DNA from: Bacteroidia bacterium
GTDB taxonomy: Bacteria > Bacteroidota > Bacteroidia > UKL13-3
NCBI GenBank assembly: GCA_044351265.1
Contig: JBILGC010000001.1
Span: forward strand, 30,167-94,166
DNA length: 64,000 nucleotides
Direction of reading: 5' to 3'
The notes beneath the pieces were generated by a model. The model saw only the letters and a list, made by a program, of their open reading frames with translations, did not search any database and was not told the DNA's origin. Shown here in pieces: positions 38,927-49,005 of the stretch. Each line of letters starts with the position of its first letter. Within the stretch, counting starts at the first letter, position 1. Position numbers and translations under genes: made by a program.

Positions 38927-41404
38927 TCAATACTGATTTAATATGCGTTTCTGCACCATGCCTTTTTCGGTTTGTATATGCAGCAAAAAGAGTCCTTTTT
39001 TATCCAATAATATTTCAGTTGTCTTTACCTGCGGGGCGCTTGTATAAATGAGTTTTCCGGCAACATCATACACGCAAATTTTTTGTAGCATATAATCTGA
39101 GTGAATATGCACTGAACCATGAGCAGGATTTGGATAAGCCAGCACATGCGCCTGCGCTTCCAACTCATCAAAACCAATGGTAGATTTAATGGTAAAATAA
39201 CCATTGCTGGTATCAGCCTTGTTACCTGTGGTGCTGCTAATTCTTATTTTGGCAGAGTCGGTAAAGAGTGTTGGAGGTACATTCCAGTTATAAGGACTTT
39301 GCGTTGCGGCCACTGCCTTGGCCACCACGCTATGCAAAGTATCTTTAATCAGCAACTCTATTTTAACCGAATCTATATTGCTCGATGTCCAAGATATATT
39401 GGTATTAGAGCCGGGTGTCGTTATTTCTCCACCGTTGGGAGCAGTTAACACAAGCGTGGCAGGTTGCGTAATATAAGTGAGGTTGGTGAAATTAATTCTG
39501 TTAACCCACGCTGGGTTATCAATAAACGGATTGCGGTTTTTTTGTATTGAAGCAATGTATTCATTACGGGCAATCTCCAACGCACTTGGCGGATCCTGAT
39601 CATGCCACTGCAGCAATACCGCAATATCCTGATTAGCGGGTAGGCGCCACTGATAGCTTCTGTCGCCATTGTAACGCATGAGCATATAAAACAATGCACG
39701 AGCCACATCTCCTTTCTGATCATCTTTGGGCTCGTAAACGGTTTTTCCTCCCGCATCTGTTCCCAACTTACCTTCTCCTGTTGGCGAGATATAGGTTGCA
39801 CTTGCAACCACTCCAAACGGATTATTGCTGCGTTTGGAATTTGCATTTAGCTGATGTGCAGGAAACAAATTGTGCAAATCGTTATACTCCAATACTTCTT
39901 TGCCATTTACATTTGGCCAACCGCCACCCAGCACCGGATTCATTGGCATCCAACTTTGTGCAAAGGTATGCTCACGCGTCAGCACACCGCTGTTGGTTCC
40001 GTTCCACCACAAAAATGGTTCATCATAAACATATTTATGTCCGGTATACACACAATCTACAACCTTCTTGCCTCCGGTAGTATCACGTGTCAAATAGTTG
40101 TTTACCAATGTTGGTGCATAGTTGCTGTAAAAAATGGTATCGTGCGGAGTCTTTAACCGGTTGCTCAGGTCGGATACAAAAGATGGCAAGGCCGAATTAA
40201 TGGCACTGTAGTAAGAACCGGGTGCTCCGTTGGCTGTGGTTACAGTAGCTGAAGCCACATTGGCCGTATTATAATTCTCGTAGCCTGCAGGGCCGTTAAA
40301 CGCCAAGGCTACAAAAGTGTAGGTGGTGTTTGCAAGAATATAATTTGGTTTGAGCATGGCAGTATCTGTTCCGATATATGCCACCTGAGCATTGCCGATA
40401 TAATCGCCACGTGTATAGGTGGTGCCATCGGTTGGTCTTTCGGTAAGTGAAGCTGCAGCCTTGCGTAATAAGATATATTTTTCAGCACCGGCAGCACGCG
40501 GAAAACTTACATTCATGGTATGCGTAAGTACGTTGGAGATATTCACTCTCGCCACCTGATTGGCAGGCTCTGTAGCGAGATTTCCGCCAATGGCATAGAG
40601 GTTTATTACAAAAGGATTTTTATCAGGATCGGTGTTATATACCCTAACAGTAGCAAAACGCGACCCCGGTGAACCGGCAGTAAAATTGAGCACAAAACTA
40701 TCAAGGCCATTATTAAAAGGTGCAATGCTGTCAAACAACTGCACGGAGAAATCAGTGGCGTGGGTTCCGCTCATTACAATGCTGTCTATTTTCAGTGCCT
40801 GAGAAATACCTGTGTTTTGTATAATAAATTTTTGCGAAGCAGCATTGCCAAAAACAAATGTTCCTCCGTTTACCAGCTTATTTTCTTTATTACTTATTAC
40901 AATGCTTTGCGGTGGTGCAGGCGGTAGGCTAATCATTACGCTATCCAGTTGCACATTGCTACCCGATTGCTTGTTTGCATAAAAAAAACGTACGTAGCGA
41001 GTAGATGCAAGAAGGTTGTCCTGCAATCTTGTTAAATTGGTATTCATGGAAGTTAAATTCCTTACATTAGTCCAGTTGCTTCCGTCAGGCGATTCATCTA
41101 TAGTAAAAGATCCAGCAAAAGGGGGATTTGGAGATATTCCTGTTCCTTTGATATAATATGAAATAGGGCCTGGTTTTTCGGCAAACTGTATTTGAAGAAA
41201 TTCACCGGTCTGGTCAAGCCTTAATGAAATATTATCACCAATACCTGATGCATAGGTTAAATTTCCTGTGCCTAAATTATAGGTCCACCCAACAGGCGGA
41301 GTAGCAACCCCCGGAGTGCTAAAGTTCCATGCAGTGGGTAATACCGCCTGAGCAAAAACCCAAACAGGTAAAAGATAAACGCATATAGCGATGACTTTTT
41401 TCAT
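38927..41404 (-). CDS. T9SS-secreted multidomain endonuclease I (EndA/NucM family) protein
   Basis: Start trimmed to ATG 41404 (MKKVIAICVYLLPVWVFAQ), giving 825 aa. Endonuclease I core: EHTFAQSWM, NDLHNLFPA, ARALFYMLMRYNGD, WHDQDPPSALEIARNEYIASIQKNRNPFIDNPAWV. N-terminal jelly-roll/Ig-like modules. C-terminal AYPNPAHGSVHIHSD...LFLLHIQTEKGMVQKRILNQY is a T9SS CTD. Confidence 0.88.
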   Translation of the reverse strand: MKKVIAICVYLLPVWVFAQAVLPTAWNFSTPGVATPPVGWTYNLGTGNLTYASGIGDNISLRLDQTGEFLQIQFAEKPGPISYYIKGTGISPNPPFAGSFTIDESPDGSNWTNVRNLTSMNTNLTRLQDNLLASTRYVRFFYANKQSGSNVQLDSVMISLPPAPPQSIVISNKENKLVNGGTFVFGNAASQKFIIQNTGISQALKIDSIVMSGTHATDFSVQLFDSIAPFNNGLDSFVLNFTAGSPGSRFATVRVYNTDPDKNPFVINLYAIGGNLATEPANQVARVNISNVLTHTMNVSFPRAAGAEKYILLRKAAASLTERPTDGTTYTRGDYIGNAQVAYIGTDTAMLKPNYILANTTYTFVALAFNGPAGYENYNTANVASATVTTANGAPGSYYSAINSALPSFVSDLSNRLKTPHDTIFYSNYAPTLVNNYLTRDTTGGKKVVDCVYTGHKYVYDEPFLWWNGTNSGVLTREHTFAQSWMPMNPVLGGGWPNVNGKEVLEYNDLHNLFPAHQLNANSKRSNNPFGVVASATYISPTGEGKLGTDAGGKTVYEPKDDQKGDVARALFYMLMRYNGDRSYQWRLPANQDIAVLLQWHDQDPPSALEIARNEYIASIQKNRNPFIDNPAWVNRINFTNLTYITQPATLVLTAPNGGEITTPGSNTNISWTSSNIDSVKIELLIKDTLHSVVAKAVAATQSPYNWNVPPTLFTDSAKIRISSTTGNKADTSNGYFTIKSTIGFDELEAQAHVLAYPNPAHGSVHIHSDYMLQKICVYDVAGKLIYTSAPQVKTTEILLDKKGLFLLHIQTEKGMVQKRILNQY

Positions 41405-41565
41405 GGTAGCAATGAATTTAAATGCGCGGCAAGATAGATTAATTGCAGGAAATGATGCGACAGGTAATGAAATAAAATTGTGGTAAAACTTTATTACCGC
41501 ATTTGTTGGTATTAATAGCAAATTAGTACCAAATTTGTCTCCTTAATTTCAATACTTCTATTATC

Positions 41566-43806
41566 GTGAGTGAACAGATATCAAACAAACAATTGGCCAC
41601 TGTTGAGCAAGCGCAACAACTGGGCTTAAGGCCCGAAGAATTTGATAAAATAAAAGAAATCTTAGGGCGCACACCTAACTTTACCGAGCTAAGTATATAC
41701 TCTGTAATGTGGAGTGAGCACTGCTCATACAAGAACAGTATTGTGTGGCTTAAAACACTGCCGCGCGAAGGAAAAAATATGCTGGCTAAAGCCGGTGAAG
41801 AAAATGCAGGATTAATTGATATTGGAGATGGACTGGCCTGCGCATTTAAAATTGAAAGTCACAATCATCCAAGTGCGCTGGAGCCTTATCAGGGCGCTGC
41901 AACAGGTGTAGGTGGCATTAACCGAGATATATTTTCAATGGGTGCACGCCCCATTGCACAAATGAACAGCTTGCGCTTTGGAGATCTTAAAAATGAGCGC
42001 ACCAAATGGCTGGTAAGAGGTGTGGTAAAAGGAATAGGAAACTATGGCAATGCATTTGGTATTCCTACCGTTGGTGGTGAAGTATATTTTGATGATTGCT
42101 ACCAAATAAATCCTTTGGTAAATGCCATGAGTGTGGGCATTGCAAAAGTTGGTAAAACCGTTAGTGCCATTGCTGATGGTATTGGCAACGCGGTTTATAT
42201 TTATGGTTCATCTACCGGCAAAGATGGTATACATGGTGCTGCTTTTGCCTCTAAAGATATTACAGAAGATTCCGCAAAAGATTTGCCATCGGTGCAAGTA
42301 GGTGATCCTTTTTGGGAGAAACTAATTTTGGAAGCTACCATGGAGTTGATTGATACAGGTGGTGTGGTAGGCATGCAGGATATGGGCGCTGCAGGCATTA
42401 CCTGTTCTACCAGTGAGATGAGTGCCAAAAGTGGAACCGGTATGAAGGTGTGGTTAGATAAAGTGCCCATGCGTCAAGCGGATATGAAAGACTGGGAAAT
42501 TCTTTTATCCGAATCGCAAGAAAGAATGCTGGTTATTGTGAAAAAAGGTTTTGAAAAACAATTTGAACAGATTTTTGAAAAATGGGATTTAACATACGCA
42601 CAAATTGGTGAAGTTACCGATACCGGCAGGGTGCAGTATTATATGCACCATGAACTGGTAGCCGATATACCTGGCGAGAGCCTTGTACTTGGCGGTGGCG
42701 CACCTGTTTATCACCGCGAATACACCGAGCCGAAATATTTTTCTGAGATTGCTCAATTCAATATCAATCAAATAAAAGATTGCGATACAGCAAATGCAGT
42801 TGCCATTGCAAAACGTATGGCTGCGCATCCGAATATTGCCAGCAAACGCTGGGTATACAATCAGTATGATTCGATGGTGGGTACCATTAACCAAACCACC
42901 AACGCACCAAGTGATGCCGGTGTGGTGAAAGTGAAAGGCACTGATAAATCCATTGCCATGACCACCGATTGCAACAGCCGTTATGTGCATGCAAATCCGT
43001 TTGTAGGCGGGATGATTGCCGTTAGTGAAGCTGCACGTAATTTGGTTTGCAGTGGTGCAGAACCTGCAGCTGTGACCAACTGTTTAAACTTTGGCAATCC
43101 TTACAACACAGAAGTATATTATCAATTTGTGCACGCTATTAAAGGCATGGGCGAAGCATGCAAAAAATTTGATACACCGGTAACCGGTGGAAATGTTAGT
43201 TTTTATAATCAGAGCAGTGATAATGATGCCGTATTCCCTACACCAACCATTGGTATGGTAGGACTCATTAGAGGTGGTAAAAAACACATGACGCTTGATT
43301 TTAAAGAAGCAGGTGATGCCATTTACCTGATTGGCACTTCTCGCAATGATATTGCTTCATCGCAGTACCTGGTTTCAGAACATGGTATGAACCTCTCTCC
43401 TGCTCCATACTTTAATTTGGATGAAGAATACAGCGTGCAGCAGGCAACCGCTCACCTCATTGCGCACGACCTGATTCAATCAGCACATGATTGCAGCGAA
43501 GGTGGATTATTTATTGCACTATTGGAAAGTGCATCGGTTCGCAATCTTGGTTTTGACATACAAAAAACAAATGGCGAAATACGCAATGATGCTTTCCTGT
43601 TTGGTGAATCACAAAGCCGCATTGTGGTTTCGGTAAAAGCCGTACATGCTTCAGCTGTTGAAGCCGCGCTGCAAAGCAAACATGTAATATTTGAAAAATT
43701 AGGAACTGTTACTGCAGGCAAGATTCAGGTAGATAAACAACCATATGGCAATATTCAAGAGTACGCCCATATTTATAACACATCATTAGAAAACCAATTA
43801 AACTAA
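41566..43806 (+). CDS. purL: phosphoribosylformylglycinamidine synthase subunit PurL
   Basis: 746 aa with a GTG start. Contains [26 protein letters not shown] and [21 protein letters not shown] motifs and the duplicated AIR-synthase-like fold. Confidence 0.95.
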   Translation: MSEQISNKQLATVEQAQQLGLRPEEFDKIKEILGRTPNFTELSIYSVMWSEHCSYKNSIVWLKTLPREGKNMLAKAGEENAGLIDIGDGLACAFKIESHNHPSALEPYQGAATGVGGINRDIFSMGARPIAQMNSLRFGDLKNERTKWLVRGVVKGIGNYGNAFGIPTVGGEVYFDDCYQINPLVNAMSVGIAKVGKTVSAIADGIGNAVYIYGSSTGKDGIHGAAFASKDITEDSAKDLPSVQVGDPFWEKLILEATMELIDTGGVVGMQDMGAAGITCSTSEMSAKSGTGMKVWLDKVPMRQADMKDWEILLSESQERMLVIVKKGFEKQFEQIFEKWDLTYAQIGEVTDTGRVQYYMHHELVADIPGESLVLGGGAPVYHREYTEPKYFSEIAQFNINQIKDCDTANAVAIAKRMAAHPNIASKRWVYNQYDSMVGTINQTTNAPSDAGVVKVKGTDKSIAMTTDCNSRYVHANPFVGGMIAVSEAARNLVCSGAEPAAVTNCLNFGNPYNTEVYYQFVHAIKGMGEACKKFDTPVTGGNVSFYNQSSDNDAVFPTPTIGMVGLIRGGKKHMTLDFKEAGDAIYLIGTSRNDIASSQYLVSEHGMNLSPAPYFNLDEEYSVQQATAHLIAHDLIQSAHDCSEGGLFIALLESASVRNLGFDIQKTNGEIRNDAFLFGESQSRIVVSVKAVHASAVEAALQSKHVIFEKLGTVTAGKIQVDKQPYGNIQEYAHIYNTSLENQLN

Positions 43807-43832
43807 GCGCAGAGGGAAAGAGCAAAGCAAGC

Positions 43833-44228
43833 ATGTTATACGTTAAGAAATCAAAGATACCCAAATCGGGCAAGGGATTATTTACCACACACGATATTAA
43901 AAAAGGTGAAGTTGTTTGTGAATACGAAGGCGAAAAATTAACCTGGAAGGAATGCCTTGCCAGAAACAATGCGCAAAAAGGTAAAGGCGGATATTATTTT
44001 TATATCAACTCAAAGAATTGTGTGGATGCACAATATACCCTGTGGGCACTTGCGCGCTATGCCAATGATGCAGCCGGTTTTAGTCGCATACCGGGCGTTC
44101 GCAATAATTCTAAATACGAAGTGATAAAAGGCAAGCCCCATATTGTGGCTACAAGAAGTATAAAAGCCGGATCTGAAATACTGGTTGCCTATGGTAAAGA
44201 GTATTGGGAGGCCATGGCTGAAGACTAA
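43833..44228 (+). CDS. SET domain-containing protein (putative protein-lysine methyltransferase)
   Basis: 131 aa. GKGLFTTHDIKKGEVVCEYEGEKL, ARYANDA (the NH-S-C-type position) and ATRSIKAGSEILVAYGKEYW match SET-domain core blocks. Confidence 0.75.
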   Translation: MLYVKKSKIPKSGKGLFTTHDIKKGEVVCEYEGEKLTWKECLARNNAQKGKGGYYFYINSKNCVDAQYTLWALARYANDAAGFSRIPGVRNNSKYEVIKGKPHIVATRSIKAGSEILVAYGKEYWEAMAED

Positions 44229-44300
44229 GCTTAGGTAGTTTTTATTTTATGCATTAAACGAAAGCGCCCAAAGCATAAGAGTGCTGCAACAAAATCAACA

Positions 44301-44499
44301 GGGCTGTGCGCCCCAAACTCGCAGTTTTTTCTTTTAAATCGCGGGAGCTGAATGGCCCGAGCGGCCCCTGAGCCTGTCGAAGGGGTCGAAGGGATCGAAG
44401 GAGCCAAAGGGCTCGAAGCTCCCAGTTCACTGAGCTCTAACAACTGAATATTTTCGCAGTGCGTGCAACGGCTTGTTGTAATTAGTTTTTTGTTTTCAT
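44301..44499 (+). repeat. mosaic intergenic repeat unit U1 (head + GC-rich palindromic cargo + tail/linker)
   Basis: Head gggctgtgcgccccaaactcgcag (44301-44324). Cargo hairpin gggagct...agctccc (44343-44423) contains three (G/A)TCGAAGG repeats. Tail ttttcgcagtgcgtgcaacggcttgttgtaattagttttttgttttcat starts at 44451. Confidence 0.8.
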
Positions 44500-44757
44500 G
44501 GGGCTATGCGCCCCATACCCACAGTTTCTTTTTTCTTGACAAAAAAGAAACCAAAAAGTCAAGGGCAGATGATAGCGTTGCACCAAAGCTACGGTATTGG
44601 ATAGCCACGCAACCCAAGCCGCTTCGCTTCCGGATTGCTTGCACAGCCTATCTCTTCATCCAACACCTTGTTTGTTTAGCAACCCTATCAAAGGCCCAAG
44701 GCAATGTAACTCAAGACAGGTTATTTTCGCAGCGCGTGCAATGGCTTTTTTGAAGCA
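44500..44757 (+). repeat. mosaic intergenic repeat unit U2 (head + small hairpin + ~135-nt rod-like core + tail)
   Basis: Head ggggctatgcgccccatacccacag. Hairpin CTTGAC(17 nt)GTCAAG. Core 44564-44700. Tail ttttcgcagcgcgtgcaatggcttttttgaagca. About 97% identical to U3 over the first ~205 nt. Confidence 0.85.
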
Positions 44758-44974
44758 TGGCCTTGTGCAGCCTTTTGGTTTTGTTTTATGTGTAGGGCAT
44801 GTGCAAGAGAAAAACAAAAGCAATCAGCGGCATGGAAAAAAGCTGTTGGATGTTGGCCCTGCGGGCTTGCAAAGCGCCTTCGAAAATAAAGGGTTTTTGC
44901 AGCACTTTTGTCCCCACAAAAGTGCGAAAAGAAAAAAATGAGATTTACTTTATTCTCATAGTAGCAAACTGCAT

Positions 44975-45231
44975 GGGGCTGTGCGCCCCAAACCCACAGT
45001 TTCTTTTTTCTTGACAAAAAAGAAACCAAAAAGTCAAGGGCAGATGATAGCGTTGCACCAAAGCTACGGTATTGGATAGCCACGCAACCCAAACCGCTTC
45101 GCTTCCGGATTGCTTGCACAGCCTATCTCTTCATCCAACGCCTTGTTTGTTTGGCAACCCTATCAAAGGCCCAAGGCAGCGTCTCGCGTGAAGGTTGTTT
45201 TCGCAGTGCGTGAAACTGATTTTTTGAAGCA
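44975..45231 (+). repeat. mosaic intergenic repeat unit U3 (near-duplicate of U2)
   Basis: Aligned by eye with U2: 5 mismatches in the first ~205 nt, then a diverged ~25-nt segment before the tail ttttcgcagtgcgtgaaactgattttttgaagca. Confidence 0.85.
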
Positions 45232-45308
45232 CTAGATTTAATAAGGTAATGGTTAACTACAGCTCTAGTATGCTAAATAATAGCTTATGTTATATGTAAC
45301 AGACGGCA

Positions 45309-46775
45309 TTAATTTGTTTGCTGAGTTCTTTTCTCCACTGCAAATGCAACAGCAATAAATAGCATCATAAGCAATGCATTGATAATGTATTGCATGGATT
45401 GCGATAACAACATTCCCTTAATAAGAGTAGAAGCAGCATAAATGAGCAGTGCAAACAAAATGTATCCTATGAGTTTAAATACATGATACGGAATGGGATA
45501 ATACTTAACTCCCATCTGGTAGCAGATAATGGTCATGCTTACATAACAAATGAGCGTAGCCCATGCCGCTCCTGTATATCCCATCATTGGCACCAAAATA
45601 AAATTAGCTACTATGGTTATGCCTGCTCCAATCAAAGAGATAATCGCCCCCTTATTGGTTTGGTCAGATAATTTATACCATACAGATAAATTATAATAAA
45701 TGCCTAACATCATGTTGGCAATAAGCAATACAGGCACCACATGCAGGCCTTCCCAGTAACGGGAGTCGAGAAAATATTTACATATATCGATATATAGGGT
45801 AACGCCTAAAAACAATCCCAAACAAACCAGCACAAAATAATCCATTACCTGCGCATAAATAGTTCGCTTATCATCTGTTCTGGCATGAGAGAAAAAGAAA
45901 GGTTCTGCCGCATACCGAAATGCCTGAATAAACAAAGTCATTAATATGCTGAGTTTGTAATTGGCTCCGTAAATACCATTGGCTGCAAGGCCTTGTTCCG
46001 GTGTTGCATATAAGTAAGCTATGATAGTGCGATCTAGCGTTTCGTTAATCATTCCTGCAAAACCAACTACCATTAGCGGAAGGCCATAGGCAAGCATTTG
46101 ACGCCAAAGTATCACATCAAATTTACCGGGTAACATGGCCTTAAATTCAGGTAGCAACAACGGAATGGTAATAGCGCTTGCTATAAGGTTGGACATAAAA
46201 ATCATGCCCACATGAACACTGCCGTCAAAAAAAGGAAGCAGCACCTGATGGTTCTGTAAGACATAAGGGCAAAGCAGTAAAAAATATAAGTTGAGGAGGA
46301 TATTGGTAAAAATATTAATGTTCTTAACTACTGCAAAACGTAGCGGTTTATTATGGTGTCGGAGGTATGCAAAAGGCATTGCACTAATGGCATCAAGCGC
46401 AATAATGAGGGTAAAATAAATGACATATTCCGGATGCTCCGGCAAACGGATAAGTGATGCAATAGGCGAAGCAAAGAAGGAAAAAATCAAAACAAAAAAT
46501 GAGGTGCTCATTAGCAAGGAGCGCATGCCTGTTGCATACACATCCTCAGGCCGCTCATGGTTAGTTGAGAAGCGAAAAAAGGCTGTTTCCATTCCATAGG
46601 TCAGCAGCACATTAAAAAAAGTTACATAAGAATACATGAGCGTATTTACTCCATATTCCGAGGTGGCAAATAAAGCAGTGTGCAAAGGCACCAGCAAATA
46701 ATTTACAAACCGCCCTACAATTTGGCTAAGGCCGTAAACTGCTGTTTGTGATGCCAATTTTTTTAATGCGCTCAA
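45309..46775 (-). CDS. MOP-superfamily polysaccharide/oligosaccharide flippase (Wzx-like)
   Basis: 488 aa with about 12-14 predicted TM helices. The N-terminal LASQTAVYGLSQIVGRFVNYLLVPL pattern is typical of polysaccharide biosynthesis (PST family) proteins. Confidence 0.8.
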   Translation of the reverse strand: MSALKKLASQTAVYGLSQIVGRFVNYLLVPLHTALFATSEYGVNTLMYSYVTFFNVLLTYGMETAFFRFSTNHERPEDVYATGMRSLLMSTSFFVLIFSFFASPIASLIRLPEHPEYVIYFTLIIALDAISAMPFAYLRHHNKPLRFAVVKNINIFTNILLNLYFLLLCPYVLQNHQVLLPFFDGSVHVGMIFMSNLIASAITIPLLLPEFKAMLPGKFDVILWRQMLAYGLPLMVVGFAGMINETLDRTIIAYLYATPEQGLAANGIYGANYKLSILMTLFIQAFRYAAEPFFFSHARTDDKRTIYAQVMDYFVLVCLGLFLGVTLYIDICKYFLDSRYWEGLHVVPVLLIANMMLGIYYNLSVWYKLSDQTNKGAIISLIGAGITIVANFILVPMMGYTGAAWATLICYVSMTIICYQMGVKYYPIPYHVFKLIGYILFALLIYAASTLIKGMLLSQSMQYIINALLMMLFIAVAFAVEKRTQQTN

Positions 46776-46879
46776 TAAATGCTGTTTTGCTTATATAACG
46801 ATTCAAATTACTGAAAATTATTTCAGCGAAATTTCGTTGCTTATACACAACATCAGCAGCTTTGTCTATTTTCGCAACA

Positions 46880-48697
46880 ATGTTAAAACAGCCACTCATT
46901 TTGTTGTGCTTCTTGTGCCTCGGCCTCGCTGTATTTGCTCAGCAAAAAGATGAACAGCTGGCAGCACAGTATTTTGGCAATAATGAGTTTGAGAAAGCCG
47001 CTGATTTGTATGAAAAGCTGCTAAACAAAACAGGTCAATCCGGTTATTACTACGAAAACCTATTGCTGTGTTATTTTAAGCTTAACCGTTTTGATGATGC
47101 TGAGAAAATGGTGAAGAAACAAGTGCGTAGAAATGATGATAACGCCTACTACCCCGTTGATTTAGGTTATGTATATAAAAAAGCCGGTCAAGCAGAAAAA
47201 GCCAAAAAACAATGGGATGAAGTTATAAGCAAACTAAAGCCGGGTGAAATGTATATCACCGAAACGGCTAATGCCTTTCAGAAAAGAGGAGAAACGGACC
47301 TGGCTATTGGCACTTATTTACGTGGCAGGAAAATTAATGGCAACAGCCTATCCTTATTTGCCATACCACTTGCACAACTTTATGGCGAGAAAAAAGAAAC
47401 ACGAATGATGTGTGAAGAGTATTTGAATGCATTACAAAACAATCCGTCTCTGATAGATGATGTAGAAGGCTACCTGCAGTTGTTCATTGAAAACAATACC
47501 GATTATCAGATACTGAAAACGGCATTGCTTAAAAAGAGTAAAGAATTTCCGGGCAATGAGGTTTATAATGAAATGCTTATTTGGTTATATGTGCAACGCA
47601 AAGATTTTGATAATGCATTTATACACGCAAAGGCAATAGATAAACGTTACAAGGAAGAAGGTCGCAGGCTTATTGACTTAGGATACCTTGCATCTGCTAA
47701 CGAAAAATTTGATGCCGCTGCTTCCATATTTGCATACGTTGCCAATACATACGGAGATGCCAAACCTTATTACCTGAATGCGCGCACTGGCATGCTGGAT
47801 GCAAAAAACAAAAAGATTTTTTTTACAGGAAATTATACTGCCGAAGATATTAAAACACTGGAAACAGATTACCTCAACTATATTCAGGAATTTGGTAAAA
47901 CTTATTTTACAGCATCAGCCATGCGTGAGCTGGCCCGACTAAGGGTTTACCATTTAAAAAATTTTCAAACCGGTATTGCGTTATTTAATGAAATTATTGA
48001 ATTGCCACGCTTGGATAACAAGTTTAAGGCTGAGTGCAAACTAGAGCTTGGAGATTTTTATGTATTGAAAGGTGAAGAGTGGGAAGGCATGCTGCTTTAC
48101 GGACAAGTTGATAAAGATTTTTTAGAAGACCCGCTTGGGCAGGAAGCCAAATTCAGAAACGCACGCCTGTCTTATTACCTCGGTGAGTTTGAGTGGGCAC
48201 GTGCCCAACTGGATGTACTCAAAACGGCAACTACACAACTTATTGCCAATAATGCACTGGAACTTTCCTTGCTTATTCAGGACAATACCATTGACAGTAT
48301 TGAAGGCCCCCTGAAACTTTTTGCCAGAGCAGATTTATATTATTTTCAAAATCAAACAGCAGCAGCACTTATGCTATTAGATAGTATTGACCTCCTCTAT
48401 CCGCGTCATGCATTAGCAGATGATGTATTGTATAAACGTGCTGAAATTTGTATTAAACAACGCAACTATTCCAAAGCAGCAGGCTACTTGGAACAGCTGC
48501 TAAAAGAGCATGGATCGGGCATTCTTGGAGACAATGCCTTGTATACACTTGCTTATATTACCGAAATAAATCTTGCCGACAGAGAACAAGCAAAAAAATT
48601 ATATGAGCAGTTCATAAATACCTATCCGGGTAGTTTTTTTATTACCGAAGTGCGCAAGCGATACCGTGTCTTGCGTGGCGATACCTTAATTGAATAA
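46880..48697 (+). CDS. secreted tetratricopeptide-repeat protein
   Basis: Start trimmed to ATG 46880 (MLKQPLILLCFLCLGLAVFAQ signal peptide). Multiple TPR-like A/Y/L repeats (e.g. AAQYFGNNEFEKAADLYEKLL, YKRAEICIKQRNYSKAAGYLEQLL). Confidence 0.8.
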   Translation: MLKQPLILLCFLCLGLAVFAQQKDEQLAAQYFGNNEFEKAADLYEKLLNKTGQSGYYYENLLLCYFKLNRFDDAEKMVKKQVRRNDDNAYYPVDLGYVYKKAGQAEKAKKQWDEVISKLKPGEMYITETANAFQKRGETDLAIGTYLRGRKINGNSLSLFAIPLAQLYGEKKETRMMCEEYLNALQNNPSLIDDVEGYLQLFIENNTDYQILKTALLKKSKEFPGNEVYNEMLIWLYVQRKDFDNAFIHAKAIDKRYKEEGRRLIDLGYLASANEKFDAAASIFAYVANTYGDAKPYYLNARTGMLDAKNKKIFFTGNYTAEDIKTLETDYLNYIQEFGKTYFTASAMRELARLRVYHLKNFQTGIALFNEIIELPRLDNKFKAECKLELGDFYVLKGEEWEGMLLYGQVDKDFLEDPLGQEAKFRNARLSYYLGEFEWARAQLDVLKTATTQLIANNALELSLLIQDNTIDSIEGPLKLFARADLYYFQNQTAAALMLLDSIDLLYPRHALADDVLYKRAEICIKQRNYSKAAGYLEQLLKEHGSGILGDNALYTLAYITEINLADREQAKKLYEQFINTYPGSFFITEVRKRYRVLRGDTLIE

Positions 48698-48699
48698 CC

Positions 48700-49005
48700 A
48701 TGATTATTTACAATGTAACCATTAATGTAGAAGATGACATGCATGAGCAATGGCTCAGCTGGATGAAGCAAACGCACATACCGGATGTAATGCGCACCGG
48801 ATATTTTACTGATTACAAAATGGCAAAATTGCTTACCAGGCAACCCGATGAAACAGGGGCAACTTATGTTATTCAGTACACAGCAAAATCGATGGCCGAT
48901 TATGAAACATATCAGCGTGATTGTGCTCCTGCCCTGCAAGCCGAAACTAAAAAATTGTTTGAAGGAAAGTTTGTTGCGTTTAGAAGTTTGATGGAGCAGA
49001 TATAG
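48700..49005 (+). CDS. DUF4286-like small protein
   Basis: 101 aa, starting 3 nt after the TPR gene stop. I recall MIIYNVTINVEDDMHEQWLSWMKQTHIPDVM as the DUF4286 N-terminal pattern. This is recalled, not searched. Confidence 0.6.
   Translation: MIIYNVTINVEDDMHEQWLSWMKQTHIPDVMRTGYFTDYKMAKLLTRQPDETGATYVIQYTAKSMADYETYQRDCAPALQAETKKLFEGKFVAFRSLMEQI

Noticed and set aside
44463-45119. ORFs of 96, 114, 71 and 132 aa (44463-44753, 44597-44941, 44799-45014 and 44721-45119 on the minus strand) inside the repeat cluster, plus 44231-44443 on the minus strand
   Set aside because: They are made entirely of repeat modules. Differences between copies are mostly amino-acid-changing, with indels in hairpin loops. 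They overlap one another on both strands. The sequence fits structured non-coding DNA or RNA better.
44301-45231. Possible CRISPR array (regularly recurring ~50-75-nt tail+head sequence with variable sequence between)
   Set aside because: The recurring units are too long and too few. The apparent spacers are themselves repeated (U2 = U3 = U5 core) and highly structured. Spacing is irregular (125, 197 and 217+ nt). No cas genes are in the window.
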